From: Macrostomum lignano
Lineage: Eukaryota
Direction: 5' to 3'
NCBI GenBank assembly: GCA_002269645.1
Contig: NIVC01003958.1
Span: 1 to 64,000, forward strand
Length of the DNA stretch: 64,000 bases
The notes under the pieces were generated by a model, which saw only the letters and a list, made by a program, of their open reading frames with translations, did not search any database and was not told the origin of the DNA. Position numbers and translations under genes: made by a program. This document shows positions 1 through 12,832 of this stretch, in pieces. The first letter of the stretch is position 1. Every line of letters starts with the position of its first letter.

Positions 1-1463
1 GTTATCAGGACAATCGACCATTTTTATGCGGTGCAGTGGCTGAGGTTCCTTTCGATTCGGCGGTGCAGTATTTGAGGCTCACAAGAGCTACAAGCGCTGA
101 AGTTACCTATCTGCTTATTTTTAGGTCGGATGCTTTGCATTTTTGCTTTGAAGAAATGCGGAGGAAAGCCAGCGCCTCAGCCTCTCCTCTCGGCGATTCC
201 GCCGAGCGAGCAACCGGAAGTTTAGGAAGAATTTTAATATCAAAAAGACAAATAATTAATCAGATAAAGTGGCCCTGACTGAACCGGGCACTAAGCTCTG
301 CTAGCCATGGCTGATCAGTCAGAGGCGGAGCGGCAGAGCAGCAGGTAGGAGAGCACTGCAAGAGCAAGTTTGGATCGACATTCGCGACAAAGCAGAGAAT
401 TGCAACAACTTGCAAAAGATGGGAAAGCAGAGAGCAGTTTTCCTGTTCATGTGCATCAGTTTCTGGATTCAGCAGAATAGGCACACAGCAGCTGCTGGTG
501 CTGAAGTGCATTCAGGTGCGCTGCGGAGAAACAAGCAACTGACAATAGGAGTCGTGAGAGAGGATGTTGACAATGGGGAGGCTGGCGGCAAGGCCAGCCA
601 GCTGTTGCTAGCAGGCGGGCAAACTTGCAAAGCGGCTTTTGATTAATTTCTGCCGCTGGAAGGCTGCAGAGACGCACGCGAGCCGGGGGACTCGGCAAGG
701 AGGGAGAGGAGGCCGAAAGGCTGAGAAGCTGCAAGCCCCGATGCCCCGTTGGGACTTGAGTGCATGGGAAAAGGGAAACGTAAGGCGGAGCAGGGAGGCT
801 GGTAATTACCGCATCCTGCTGGGTGATTGGCAATATCAATGGGGCTCTGTTTTGTCTGCGTGTTGCAGCAGGCTGGCGGCCGTCCGGCCCTCTTATTAGA
901 AGCAGCCGGGGCCGAGGCGGTGGGGCGCTCCGGGCCGTCAGGATGTCACGTAGAATGAGTTGGCGGCTGCTTCCCAGCTCACTGTAAGCGGGGGATAGCA
1001 GAGCTGAGTGCGCGATAATGGGATTCATAGCCGAGCAGTTCTGCCCGGGATTAATCACCTGCCCAACAGCTCCCGCCGCGCTGCTTAAAAGTGCAGCAGA
1101 AACTCGGATGGCTCTCCAGCCTCTCGTGCAGAAGTCCACACCTGATTGATTCGCTAATGCCTGCTCGACTCGCTCATCTCAGCCTCCACAGATATCGATC
1201 CGCCTTCACCTGGGTATGGTTTCACCTAGGCTAACAGCTGAGTCTTTGAGTCGCTCGCATTTGGCATTCAAACTGTAACAAAACTGACTGATTGGCGAGA
1301 AATTCTGTCAGTACTGCAACTACTATGAGTAGGTGGAAAGCATCGTGCATCTGTTTAGACTCTGCGGGATGAAAATTAGAGATTGGCTTGCTTATTGCTG
1401 GTATTTGACCCGAATGCTTTTGTGCTCCCGGCCGGAAATTTTCTATGCATAAACCCAGTTCTT

Positions 1464-1587
1464 AGTAATAAACACCCACTGCAACCCAGGCCTCAGTAAT
1501 AAACACCCACTGCAACCCAGTCCTCAGTAATAAACACCCACTGCAACCCAGTCCTCAGTAATAAACACCCACTGCAACCCAGGCCTC
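1464..1587. repeat. 31-bp tandem repeat (4 copies) that includes the synaptotagmin splice acceptor
   Basis: AGTAATAAACACCCACTGCAACCCAG(G/T)CCTC starts at 1464, 1495, 1526 and 1557. The last copy supplies the CAG|G acceptor. Confidence 0.9.
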
Positions 1588-1732
1588 AGCAACAGCTCGC
1601 CGAGCCCGCGCAATGCCTCTTCGCCGGTGCCGGAGTCGCAGAGCCCTCGCGGCAGCAGCCCGGTGCCGCTGGGCCTCAGAAAGCGGGCCCTCAGCCTTGC
1701 CAACGCTGTCCTGGGCATGCCGGAGATTCTAG
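1583..1732 (+). CDS. Probable synaptotagmin-like linker exon (GLSNSSPSPRNASS...LGMPEIL)
   Basis: CAG acceptor, AG|GTGAGC donor, open Ser/Pro-rich frame with GC3 bias, phase 1/1 compatible with the next exon. Confidence 0.55.
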   Translation, partial: ASATARRARAMPLRRCRSRRALAAAARCRWASESGPSALPTLSWACRRF

Positions 1733-2593
1733 GTGAGCTTCACAGGAGAAATTGCAGCTGCCGTGGGTTATGAAACGCCGGACAGGGTGAGAAAAATGCT
1801 TTTCAACTCCTCACCACTTGTGGAGGCCTTGGCGGTGGAAACCCAGCACTGGCAATGCAGGTCAAACAGGGATAGAGAAGTGCCGGGCGCGGTGCAGTCG
1901 CCAGGGGACTGCAACTGAGAACTGCAAATGGAGAGCTTGGCCAGGTCCGCCCAAGCTCGAGTTTCTCCGCGGGCGGATTACTGATAATCTTCTCTCGGGC
2001 CAACCGGCGCCGTGGGGGAAGCCGGAGTAGGCGGCAGGCGCCTCACCTTCCCGGGGAAGCAACTCAAGAAGCGAGCCGACCCAACGTCCGCCTTTGTGGC
2101 GACAGGAGCGGCACGGGAGAAGCTTGGAGGCGGCTAGAGGGGGGGGGAAGGCGCCTCATCAGTAGGAGACGGGCGGAGTGAAGTTTAGAGCTTGGGGGCT
2201 TGAGCCGGCCCGCTGCCCCATGCATGATTGATGCCAACGGGAAGTCACTTGTCCGCCCTGCCCCCCGCCGCCCCAGATCGAATTGGCGCGGGCCGACCCG
2301 CCGCCTGTCTTTGATCTGGCAAATCTCTGGCCGTAGAGCATCGCGCCTCCTAATCCCTGCCTTCAAAACCTCTTTCACCGAGCGGGCGCGGCAGCAGCAA
2401 AGGACTTTCGGCCCGCCGCGGGTAGTTTGGAGGGACAGACGGAGCAGAGGAGGGACGGAGAGGAGGAAAATGCTGCTCGCCTTCTCATTGGCTGCATCAA
2501 AATGCCCAGTCTCCTCTAAAAGCTGTTAGTAGTTCCGGCTGCTCAGTCCAGCTTCCCAAGCCTCATCACTTTGCTCTGCCCGCTGTCTTCCAG

Positions 2594-2810
2594 GCTCCGG
2601 CCAGAGTTCAGTGTCCTCGCTGCACGAAGCTGAGAAATCTCCGGCCACCGCATGTCAGCGGCCGACGGCGGCGGCGGTGGCGGCGGCGGCGGCAGCGGTC
2701 GGGCGAAGGTCGCCAGTCCCGGCGGCGAGTTTCGACGCGAGCGCCGGCGGGCCAGCATGCAGGACGCCATCGACGCTTCCAAGATCAACGCCGACCTTTA
2801 CAGCAAACTG
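2594..2810 (+). CDS. Synaptotagmin-like exon before C2A (…RRASMQDAIDASKINADLYSKL); one base apparently missing near 2635-2637
   Basis: CCAG acceptor and GTGAGT donor at 2811. Adding one A to the AAA run gives a single open frame that splices in phase 0 to the C2A exon. Confidence 0.65.
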
Positions 2811-2814
2811 GTGA

Positions 2815-3390
2815 GTTGCTGAGCTGGTAACTCAGCTGGTACCCCAGCAGACTGGAACTGCTGAGCTGGTACCTCAGCTGGTACCCCCAGCAGACTGGAA
2901 CTGCTGAGCTGGTACCTCAGCTGGTACCCCAGCAAACTGGAACTGCTGATCTGGTACCCAGCTGGTACCCCCAGCAGACAGGAACTGCTGAGCTGGGAGA
3001 CAGGAACTGCTGGCTGGAAGACAGGAACTGCTGGCTGGAGACAGGAACTGCTGGCTGGGAGACAGGAACTGCTGGCTGGAAGACAGGAACTGCTGGCTGG
3101 GAGACAGGAACTGCTGAGCTGGGAGACAGGAACTGCTGGCTGGGAGACAGGAACTGCTGGCTGGGAGACAGGAACTGCTGAGCTGGGAGACAGGAACTGC
3201 TGGCTGGGAGACAGGAACTGCTGAGCTGGGAGACAGGAACTGCTGAGCTGGGAGACAGGAACTGCTGGCTGGGAGACAGGAACTGCTGGCTGGGAGACAG
3301 GAACTGCTGGCTGGAGACAGGAACTGCTGAGCTGGGAGACAGGAACTGCTGGCTGGGAGACAGGAACTGCTGGCTGGGAGACAGGATGTC
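2815..3390. repeat. Intronic minisatellite, 21-22-bp unit CTGCTG(A)GCTGGGAGACAGGAA, with a longer variant at the 5' side
   Basis: Visible tandem array. It explains the repetitive ORFs at 2798..3496 and 2917..3396. Confidence 0.95.
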
Positions 3391-4019
3391 CCTCATATGC
3401 TAGGGCTGCGATGAAAGCCAATGAAAAGTAAGCCTTGGGAAAGCTTAAATAACGAGAGGCAGCCGGAGACAGATGGCGGGGAGGGGAGAGCTGCAAAAAA
3501 GGTTAGGATTAGGGCGGAAGAAGCGCAGACAGGGGCAGCATAGGGAGCGAGTGGGAGATGGGAGGGATTACCCGCTGAAAGGGATGCTAGGTGCGTCAAA
3601 GGTGAGTAGAGGAAGGGTGAAAGTGAGGCAAAAGAAGGGTTGCGAAGGCGTAGGGGAGCGCGGCGGGCACAATTAGTATAATTAGATCAGGAGGCTGCGC
3701 TGACAGCGGATGCGGCGGCCACAGAAAACTCGGCGCCGCCAGCTCAGTCTCCGCGGTCAAACATTTGCGTAGCTCACCGACGACTCTGAGAAGGAGACGG
3801 GAGGGGGTCTGGCAGCTGGACCGCAGCTGAGACACGGCCTCATCGTCACGTCGAGACAGCAAATTTATTGTTGACATAAAGTTAGCAGAGTGACTTCCAG
3901 GATTTGGGTTCAGCCTCCAGAAGCGTCTTCCGGCAGTCTGGAAAATTCTGCTCCTAGTAGACAGCTAATCTCAGCAAATTCTCTGAGCAGTTGGAGTTGG
4001 ATTTTAGTTGGACTGCAAG

Positions 4020-5045
4020 GGTTGGAGTTTGACTGTGGGGGTTGGAGCTGGACTGTGGGGGTTGGAGCTGGACTGAGGGGGTTTGTGTTGGACTGTGGGG
4101 GTTTGTGTTGGACTGTGGGGGTTTGTGTTGGACTGTGGGGTTTGTGTTGGACTGTGGGGGTTTGTGTTGGACTGTGGGGGTTTGTGTTGGACTGTGGGGG
4201 TTTGTGTTGGACTGTGGGGGTTTGTGTTGGACTGTGGGGTTTGTGTTGGACTGTGGGGGTTTGTGTTGGACTGTGGGGGTTTGTGTTGGACTGTGGGGGT
4301 TTGTGTTGGACTGTGGGGGTTTGTGTTGGACTGTGGGGGTTTGTGTTGGACTGTGGGGCTTTGTGCTGGACTGTGGGGGTTTGTGTTGGACTGTGGGGTT
4401 TGTGTTGGACTGTGGGGGTTTGTGTTGGACTGTGGGGGCTTGGAGCTGCACTGTGGGGTTGGGGCTGGACTGTGGGGTTGGGGCTGGACTGTGGGTTGGG
4501 GCTGGACTGTGGAGTAGGGGCTGGACTGTGGGGTTGGGGCTGGACTGTGGAGTAGGGGCTGGACTGTGGGCTTGGAGCTGCACTGTGGGGTTGGGGCTGG
4601 ACTGTGGAGTAGGGGCTGCACTGTGGGGTTGGGGCTGGACTGTGAGGTTGGGGCTGGACTGTGGAGTAGGGGCTGCACTGTGGGGTTGGGGCTGGACTGT
4701 GGAGTAGGGGCTGGACTGTGGAGTAGGGGCTGCACTGTGGGCTTGGAGCTGCACTGTGGGGTTGGGGCTGCACTGTGGGTTGGGGCTGCACTGTGGGGTT
4801 GGGGCTGCACTGTGGGGTTGGGGCTGGACTGTGGAGTAGGGGCTGGACTGGGGTTGGGGCTGGACTGTGGGCTTGGAGCTGCACTGTGGGCTTGGAGCTG
4901 CACTGTGGGGTTGGGGCTGGACTGTGGAGTAGGGGCTGGACTGTGGGGTTGGGGCTGGACTCTGGAGTAGGGGCTGCACTGTGGGGTTGGGGCTGCACTG
5001 TGGGGTTGGGGCTGGACTGTGGGGTTGGGGCTGGACTGTGGGGTT
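4020..5045. repeat. Intronic G-rich minisatellite: 20-bp GGACTGTGGGGGTTTGTGTT grading into 19-bp GGACTGTGGGGTTGGGGCT
   Basis: Visible tandem array. Source of the spurious 130-520 aa repetitive ORFs. Confidence 0.95.
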
Positions 5046-5107
5046 GAAGTTCCACTTGAGCCGAAAGCAGGTGTCGCACCCGAACCACCCACCGCCGTCA
5101 CCCGCAG

Positions 5108-5545
5108 TACAATCAGGCCAACGCCACCATCCAGAGCATCCAGGAGGAGAATCTCGGCCAGCTGAACTTCTCCGTCGCCTACAAGGAGGAGACTGGCATC
5201 CTGACGGTGCGCATCATCCAGGCCATTGAGCTGCAGCCCAAGGACAGCTCCTGCGGCCTCGCCAACCCGTACTGCCGCGTGGCCGTGCTGCCCAACCGCA
5301 AGACGCAGACGACAACCAAGATACACAAGAAGACGCTCAACCCCGAAATCGAGGAAGAGTTCATCTTCGAGGTGAAGCCACAGGACCTGAACTGGAGCGT
5401 GCTCGAGATCACCGTGTTCGACTATGACCCCTGCTCGCTCGATGACTGCCTCGGCCAGGTGAAACTGCCGCTGTCCGAGGCGGAGTTCAGCGAGCGGCAA
5501 CTGCTGTGGAAGGGCCTGTCCGCAACTGAGAAGGACCCGGACCCG
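5108..5545 (+). CDS. SYT: Synaptotagmin-like protein, C2A exon
   Basis: LGQLNFSVAY...TLNPEIEEEFIF...VFDYD...LGQVKLPL is a C2A pattern. CAG acceptor and GTAAAG donor; 438 nt, phase 0/0. Confidence 0.9.
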
Positions 5546-6062
5546 GTAAAGTGAACTCGCTTGAACCAAAACAACTCAAATGCTCAGCTGCAGCTGGGAA
5601 GGAGGTTCTCAGTGGTTAAGATAAACAGGCCGCAGGCAGCCCTAAAAACTGCCCAGTTTCTTTTTGATGCCCGACCAAAAAGCATTCGGAGCAGCCAGTG
5701 CGCTGAAATTCAGTCCATGCGAGCCCGACTCCATCACTCAGACAGCGGGGACGTCAGGTCCAAGTGCGGGGACCGGGGCAATACAAACACGAGGCCGTAT
5801 TTGAAGAATGACTTCGAGTCGGGATGGGCAAATTGAACTGGCTTTCGTGCAGCTGGGGGCTCTGGGGAGACGAGCCATCCTGAATAAAACATCGCCATTC
5901 GACACATTTCGCGTAGCCTGAAAAATTGCGGGCTTGAGATTTCGTGATGACAAACGTAAAGCTCAACAAGGTTCGATTGCTTGTGGGGATTAAAGCCTCA
6001 GAAATTCTAGAGAGTAGCTGCTGAGCTCCGGTGAGAACTAGAAAACCTATTCCGCTTCCCAG

Positions 6063-6183
6063 GAGCACAAGATCGGCGACCTGATGTTCTCCCTGTCCTA
6101 CCTGCCAGCAGCCAAACGGCTCAGCATCTCCGTCATCAAGGCTCGTAACCTGCGCGACCCGGCCAAGGACAGACCGCTCAGTG
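6063..6183 (+). CDS. SYT: Synaptotagmin-like protein, first C2B exon
   Basis: IGDLMFSLSYLPAAKRLSISVIKARNL is the C2B start motif. CCAG acceptor and GTGAGT donor. Confidence 0.9.
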
Positions 6184-6312
6184 GTGAGTTCTGGGAACCA
6201 ATAGCTCACGCCAGCAATGTAGGCAGTTGCGCTTCTCTCGGACAGTCACCCCTGAAACCGCGAGTGCTGCTCACGGTACCCTTGAGAGTCCCCCGAATCC
6301 GCGACTCCGCAG

Positions 6313-6632
6313 ACGCCACCGTCCGCGCGACCCTGTCGATGCAGGGCGGCAAGAAGATCAAGCGGAAGAAGAGCTCCAACTGCAAGATGGCCGGCAACCC
6401 GGTCTGGGAGGAGGCCCTCATCTTCAACGGCGTGCCAGAGGAGGACCTGCGCTCCGGCTGCCTGGAGATCTCCGTCTGCCACGAGGGTGTCCTCAGCAGC
6501 ACGGAGGTCGGCCGGGTGTACCTGGGCCCGGACACGGGCGGCCAGGAGTACCGGCACTGGTGGAACATGCTCAAGTCCAAGGGGGCCTCGGCGCGGTGGC
6601 ACCGGCTGATGCCGTCGAAGGCGCGCAAGTGA
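6313..6632 (+). CDS. SYT: Synaptotagmin-like protein, terminal C2B exon
   Basis: KKIKRKKS..NPVWEEALIF...GRVYLG...HW.NML...RWHRL and a TGA stop. Phase matches the upstream exon. Confidence 0.9.
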
Positions 6633-9305
6633 CGCAACCTGCCCGCACAACGCCAGCCAGAGCTCAGGCCGCTGCCATGGAGAACTGGCTATTTGCTATT
6701 TGCTATTTAAATTCGACCCTGTAATAACTAATGTCCGAATTCAGCAGAATTTTCATTCATATCTAACCGAAGACTGCGTCAGCTTGATCATTACTCCAGA
6801 AGCACTGCCAAAACTAGTTTTGAGAATCACGGAGATTCTAAGTAGAACTCGAACTGCTTCTCCGGAATGTGCAGAGTTGATCAGCGCAATGCAATGGTCC
6901 ACTCTTGAAGGCACCGCATGCAACCTTGCATTGGCAAACAGGGACCGGAGCCCTGCAGAGTTGTGCCTGCATGCGGTTTTGGTCTGCACTTTTCCTGTGG
7001 GTCCACGCCACCAGGTCCATTGAGTTCGCACTGTTTGCAAAGCTTTGCACAGAATTCCAGCTTAGAAGTCTTGGAATGAAAGCCAAGTAAAACTTTTTCA
7101 GAGCCAGATTTCAGCGCATTACCAGACTCGCTCCGCACAGCACTTATGTTCCTGCTCTCACGCCACCGCTGCAGACTCAGTGCGGACTGTGCCGGTAAGA
7201 GAATTGTTAATAGTTCAGAGGACGGACTTGATATCCACGCGTTTCAGTCGCGGTTGCCACGATCTCGTAACCATAGGGTCGTCGAGAAATGCTGCACCCA
7301 CAAAGGAATTAACAAAGAAAAGTTCTTGTGCGTGCACTTTTACTTTTATGGCAATATTTCTCACCAACGACAGCCCCCTTAGCATCAAGAGCTCTGAAAT
7401 ATTAATAGTTAAAGTGCATGTACAAAAGAACATTCATTCGTTGATTCCCTTGTTGGTGCAGCATTTCTCTATACTGCATACTCGACCGGTTTTTTTATTT
7501 ATTGCACTTTTAAAGCGAACGTATCCAAACTAAATACGTCGTAAATAATTAACTTCCCATATTTTGCACCTGTGTGTACTTCGGCGATGGACTGCGCGGC
7601 AGCGACCGAGGCCCCCCTGCCGCTCTCTGTCTCCTTTTAGGCTACACCTACCACTGGCTGTCCATTCCGATTTAAAAAAAACTCAAACAAGAAAATTTGT
7701 TTTAAGAGTCAAATAAACGGATTTGTCTTTGCTTTAATTTCTTTGAAACCCAAGAGAAAATCTCAGTAGAGCAGGTTGCACAGGGGAGGGACAGCCGGGC
7801 CTGTTGCTGCTCGAACACCCTCTCGAATACCCTCTCGAGCTGTCTGTCCTTCACAACCCGGCCCGCCTCTCTTCTGTAGCGCTGCCTCTGTCTCGCGCGG
7901 CCCCAGCCGGATGCACAGGATTCGGGAGCAGCCCTCGGCCACGCGGCCGCTACCTCCGGTGCAAATTACCGCTGCTGCCCCCCCCCCTGCCCTCGGATGC
8001 CCGCCGTTCAGCAGCTGCTCTGCAGCCGGGAGAGAAGCTCAAACTGGGAGGGAGGTGCCTGGGCGGAACGGCCAGTCTAAAAGGATTAATAAAACACAAA
8101 TCTGCTGCCTCGACCGCAGCAGAGTGAGCAGTTTGCTGGGAAGGCAGTGGAGGGGTCAGGGGGGGGGGAGCAGTGGAGAACGCGGAAGCCGCCCGCTTCC
8201 CCTTCCTTCTCAACTGCGAAAGCTGAGGAAGCGGGGATGAGATTCCCCTTCCGCTGCGGAATCGCGAGAATTTCCGCCTGCTGCCGCTTCGATCACCATG
8301 CGATTTTCTTCCACCAGCTGCGCTATCCATCCTACTTGTCAGTAGGCTGCATTAATGATGTAGCCGTGCTTTTATTTCACTTTGCCCACTCAGTAGCCGA
8401 GCAGACCGACTTCATGGACAGCTGAAGTAGAAGGCCATGCACATTATTTTCTTAGAAACGCATAGCGCTAAAAGCGGTTTCACCATAGACAAATTCTGTC
8501 AATTGCTATCACTATGAAGTTCCATTTGCAAAGTTTCCAATTTCACCAGAACGCAGTTGTTTGGTTAATAGATAACATGATGACTGACGCAACAATATCG
8601 TAACTACACGGGCCTCGGGCCTGTTCTGAGCCCAAACCTGTGTTGCATTAAAATTACTCAGACTAAAGCACAGCTAATTCGGTAGATTAGTCGGTTAAAC
8701 CTGGCTAATATAAGATAAGCATTCGGGCTAACTCTAACTCGACTGGGGTGTCTGCCGGTCTGCAAGAGAGTCTCCAATTTCTGCCTGAAGAAGTGTTTGG
8801 ACCAATCTCTTAGCCATGTTCTTGAATGTAGCTGGGTGGCTCTGGGCTGCGGCCGCGCACTTCACCGGATAAGACCGAGCATCGCGAGTGCAATTGCGAG
8901 CTGAAAACAGTTTGAGTCAGGCTGCACTTCCTGCTCTCCGCGAGACCTCTTCCTACCCGCCCACCGATGCCGCCCCAGCCTCCCAGTGGCCTGCGCCATC
9001 GCTTGATTGTTTGCCAACCCCAACTGCGCGCTCATGAATTCGAGTGCACTACGCAACACACTGCCGCCCCCTCGCGCTGAGGTAGGTTTCTGTCCGAGCC
9101 AACACTGCTTTCTTGTCTCTCAGGCCTGGCGTGTTTTCTCCGTTCCTCTCGCTGTTCCCCCATCGCTATTTTTCTATTCTTACCGCCATTGGCCAGCTCG
9201 CCTACGACCTTACAGAGGTCTGCGGAATGAATTTTAAGGTCGCTCGTTCCCCTCGGCGAGAGCGCCAGTGAAGCTCCCGACCTGCCAAAGAACCGGACAG
9301 GCAAA

Positions 9306-9450
9306 ATGAGCAGCCGCCGCGAGTCCAAGGCCGAGAAGGCGAAGGACGAGGAGCTCGTCAGCTTCCTGAATGCGGCTGACAAATTCGAAGATATCGACGC
9401 TGACTCGGAAGAAGAAGCTGGCCAGGTCAACACTGAGGTGGTGCTGGTTG
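9306..9450 (+). CDS. SLCO: OATP/SLCO gene, first coding exon (MSSRRESKAEK...)
   Basis: ATG in AAAATG context, acidic N-terminal tail, GTGAGT donor at 9451, phase 1 fits the next exon. Confidence 0.65.
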
Positions 9451-9464
9451 GTGAGTCAGCTGAC

Positions 9465-10028
9465 TGAGGCAGACATGAGTAGGGAGCAGGTGAGCCGCTC
9501 TCTGATGGCTGAGGCAGACATGAGTAGGGAGCAGGTGAGCCGCTCTCTGATGGCTGAGGCAGACATGAGTAGGGAGCAGGTGAGCCGCTCTCTGATGGCT
9601 GAGGCAGACATGAGTAGGGAACGGGTGAGCCGCTCTCTGATGGCTGAGGCAGACATGAGTAGGGAACGGGTGAGCCGCTCTCTGATGGCTGAGGCAGACA
9701 TGAGTAGGGAACGGGTGAGCCGCTCTCTGATGGCTGAGGCAGACATGAGTAGGGAACGGGTGAGCCGCTCTCTGATGGCTGAGGCAGACATGAGTAGGGA
9801 GCAGGTGAGCCGCTCTCTGATGGCTGAGGCAGACATGAGTAGGGAGCAGGTGAGCCGCTCTCTGATGGCTGAGGCAGACATGAGTAGGGAGCAGGTGAGC
9901 CGCTCTCTGATGGCTGAGGCAGACATGAGTAGGGAACGGGTGAGCCGCTCTCTGATGGCTGAGGCAGACATGAGTAGGGAACGGGTGAGCCGCTCTCTGA
10001 TGGCTGAGGCAGACATGAGTAGGGAACG
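9465..10028. repeat. 45-bp intronic minisatellite, about 12.5 copies
   Basis: Unit GCTGAGGCAGACATGAGTAGGGA(G/A)C(A/G)GGTGAGCCGCTCTCTGATG. Explains the repetitive ORFs at 9370..10176. Confidence 0.95.
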
Positions 10029-10735
10029 GCCTATCATGCACCTAATTCTCATTTTCGGTCAAGGCTCTGCAAAACTGAAAGCGAGGGAGCGGGCAGCAGG
10101 GGTTCCGAGCCGCATCTGCGCATCTGCGCTAATTTCCACACCCTGCTTACCTGGAGGATTCACACTTTTTAGTTGAAAAACTCCAAAGCTCCAAACAGCC
10201 CCCCCCCCCCCCCGGCACAATGTGGTGTCGGAATGAAGTGGGAAGCTTCGGTTTTTTACAACTTCGCAATTTGTTGCTAAGGAGATTCTGGGGCAGGGAA
10301 GCTGCGGGATCCCAACTAGCGTGACCTGGTTACCTGGGGGGGGGCAGAGAAAACTCTTCATCTGGATAATCGTGCCGGCCCGAATGCACTTCTGTCGAGG
10401 CCGTGCGGGGCGAACTTTCTTTGCTGGGCCCCGGTCGGCCTCTGTGCCGCCTCTTCCCGCTGGCTCTTCATCATTCCCAGCATCCCAGGTGGGCTGCCGC
10501 TACCGGCTGTTCTCGATCCGCTCCATCATGTCCAAATCGCGAACCCACCTCTGTCCGCATGTTGAATGCCGCTGCATCAGGCACTCCGACAGCAATAATT
10601 CCGCAATGATTCGGTGCAACCGTGCGCCGCTTTGAAAAATTCAAATTAACTTAAAATTTTTCACCTTGAACTCGACTTTTGTATCCGGGATGTTTAACTG
10701 CTTGCGGAGATGGCGATTCACAACAATGATTAAAT

Positions 10736-10870
10736 GACTTCCAGCACCCCCTCCCTGCACACCAACCACCAGCCTGAAGATCTTTGCGACTTCCAAGCAC
10801 CCCCTCCCTGCACACCAACCACCAGCCTGAAGATCTTTGCGACTTCCAGCACCCCCTCCCTGCACACCAA
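10736..10870. repeat. About 52-bp tandem repeat, about 2.6 copies
   Basis: GACTTCCA(A)GCACCCCCTCCCTGCACACCAA recurs at about 10736, 10788 and 10840. Confidence 0.8.
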
Positions 10871-10967
10871 AGCGGTGGCCCCCTTCCAGCTCTTTCACAG
10901 ATTTTCACACGGAATCAACAAATTTGAGAGTTGAGCAGAACCGAACCGTCGACCAAAACATCCCCAG

Positions 10968-11255
10968 ACATTTCGCATGACTCGCCGAGCGATGAGGCTG
11001 GTGAGTCGAACGAATGCGGCTGCTGGGGCCTGCGCTGCCGCTGCCTGCGCCGGTTGAACCAGTTCGAGCTGTTCCTGCTGCTGCTGACTCTGTTCGGCCT
11101 GTGCGGCGGCCTGCAGAGCGCGCTGAAGTCGGCCAGCCTCACCAAGCTGGAGAAGCGCTTCAACTTTAACTCGGCCACGTCCGCCCTGGTGCTCATGGCC
11201 AACGATATGGTCTACCTGCCCAGCGTGCTGCTCGTCTCCTACTTCGGCTCGCTGG
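10968..11255 (+). CDS. SLCO: OATP/SLCO exon 2 (TM1-TM2)
   Basis: LTKLEKRFNFNSATSALVLMANDMVYLPSVLLVSYFG matches the OATP LEKRF...S...D...VSYFG pattern. Phases consistent. Confidence 0.9.
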
Positions 11256-11510
11256 GTATGGCTGAGTGACTCTTCTCAACCAGCTGGGTATGGCTGAGTG
11301 ACTCTTCTCAACCGGCTGGGTATGGCTGAGTGACTTTTCTCAACCAGCTGGGTATGGCTGAGTGAATCTTCCCAACTGGCTGGGTATGGCTGAGTGAATC
11401 TTCTCAACCGGCTGGGTATGGCTGAGTGAATCTTCCCAACTGACTGGGTATGGCTGAGTGACTCTTCTCAACCGGCTGGGTATGGCTGAGTGACTCTTCT
11501 TAACCGGCTG
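11251..11510. repeat. 32-bp tandem repeat, about 8 copies, beginning with the exon/donor junction
   Basis: Unit GCTGGGTATGGCTGAGTGACTCTTCTCAACCA. The first copy spans the GCTGG|GTATGG donor. Confidence 0.95.
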
Positions 11511-11699
11511 GTTCAACTTAACAACTGTTTAACTACCATCCTCATTGACAGCATGATCCAATTCTGATTTGATCAACTCAGTCTCAAAAACTTGTAATGC
11601 GATTTTTTATTAACAGTTGCTAAGCCAGTGAAGATTAAATACCCTGGCATCCAACTTAGTCATTTATGAGAGGAGTGAATGCGATTTAAGGGGCCGTAG

Positions 11700-12237
11700 C
11701 TGAGTAGCTGAGTAGCTGAGTATCGGAGTAGTTGAGTAGCTGAGTCGTTAAGTAGCGGAGTAGCTGGGTAGGTGAGTAGTTGAGTAGTAGCTGAGTAGTT
11801 GAGTAGCTGAGTAGTTGAGTAGTAGCTGAGTAGTTGAGTAGCTGAGTAGTTGAGTAGTAGCTGAGTAGTTGAGTAGTAGCTGAGTAGTTGAGTAGTAGCT
11901 GAGTAGTTGAGTAGTAGCTGAATAGTTGAGTAGTAGCTGAGTAGTTGAGTAGTAGCTGAGTAGTTGAGTAGTAGCTGAGTAGTTGAGTAGCTGAGTAGTT
12001 GAGTAGCTGAATAGTTGAGTAGTAGCTGAGTAGTTGAGTAGTAGCTGAGTAGTTGAGTAGTAGCTGAGTAGTTGAGTAGTAGCTGAGTAGTTGAGTAGCT
12101 GAGTAGTTGAGTAGCTGAGTAGTTGAGTAGTAGCTGAGTAGTAGCTGAGTAGTTGAGTAGCTGAGTAGTTGAGTAGTAGCTGAGTAGCTGAGTAGCTGAG
12201 TAGTAGCTGAGTAGTTGAGTAGCTGAGCAGTTAAGTA
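11700..12237. repeat. Short-unit satellite built from AGTAGCTG/AGTAGTTG units
   Basis: Visible array. Explains ORF 11686..12333. Confidence 0.95.
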
Positions 12238-12431
12238 GTCAAAAGGCTCGAACACAAATTTCACAATTTTGGTGTAAAATGGAGGCACCAAACCACAAAA
12301 CTGATGTGCAAAGCGAGGCAAGCTGATACTCAAGCTGTGAGATCACTCAAATTTGGCCTGCAGCCCTTGGCTCCAGGCAGTGGGTGGAATTACCGAGCTG
12401 CTTCACTGCTGGCCATCAAACCATTCTGCAG

Positions 12432-12832
12432 GTCACCGGCCGCGTCTGCTGGCTTTCAGCTGCTTCGGCTACGGCCTGTCCGGACTTCTGTTCGCCCTGC
12501 CGCATTTTCTGTTCGGCGCAGCGCCGCAGCCAGCAGACGGCGCCTCGGCCAACCAGCAGCTGGGGTTCGTCTGCCCGGCCGACTCCGGGCTCCGCAACTC
12601 CACGCCCGCTGGCGCGATACCGCAGGGCCAGGACGCTGGACTGGAATCGTCCGTGGCGCTGGGCCTGTTCCTCATCTCCGGCTTCGTCGAGGGCCTGTCG
12701 GTGGCGCCGTACTTCAACCTGGGCGTCGCTTTCATCGACGACATCACGGGCGACTTCTCTGGCGTCTTCATCGGCCTCGTCATCGCCGCGAAGATTTTGT
12801 CGCCGACTCTCGGCTACCAGCTGTACGGAAAG
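12432..12832 (+). CDS. SLCO: OATP/SLCO exon 3
   Basis: GHRPRLL...ALPHFLFG and LGVAFIDD...LSPTLGY are OATP hallmarks. The 3' donor (GTTCGA) is weak, so the end is less certain. Confidence 0.88.

Noticed and set aside
1018-1213. Possible first synaptotagmin exon(s) (MGFIAEQFCPGLITC...; PPQISIRLHLG before a GTATGG donor)
   Set aside because: An in-frame TGA separates the segments and there is no homology support, so it is left uncalled.
2798-5569. Long Pro/Gln/Ser- or Gly/Val/Cys-rich ORFs (2798..3496, 3890..4555, 3910..5088, 4004..5569)
   Set aside because: They are translations of intronic minisatellites, open in several frames and on both strands.
9370-12333. Periodic ORFs 9370..10176, 9427..10041, 9456..10052 and 11686..12333
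   Set aside because: Tandem-repeat artefacts inside OATP introns.
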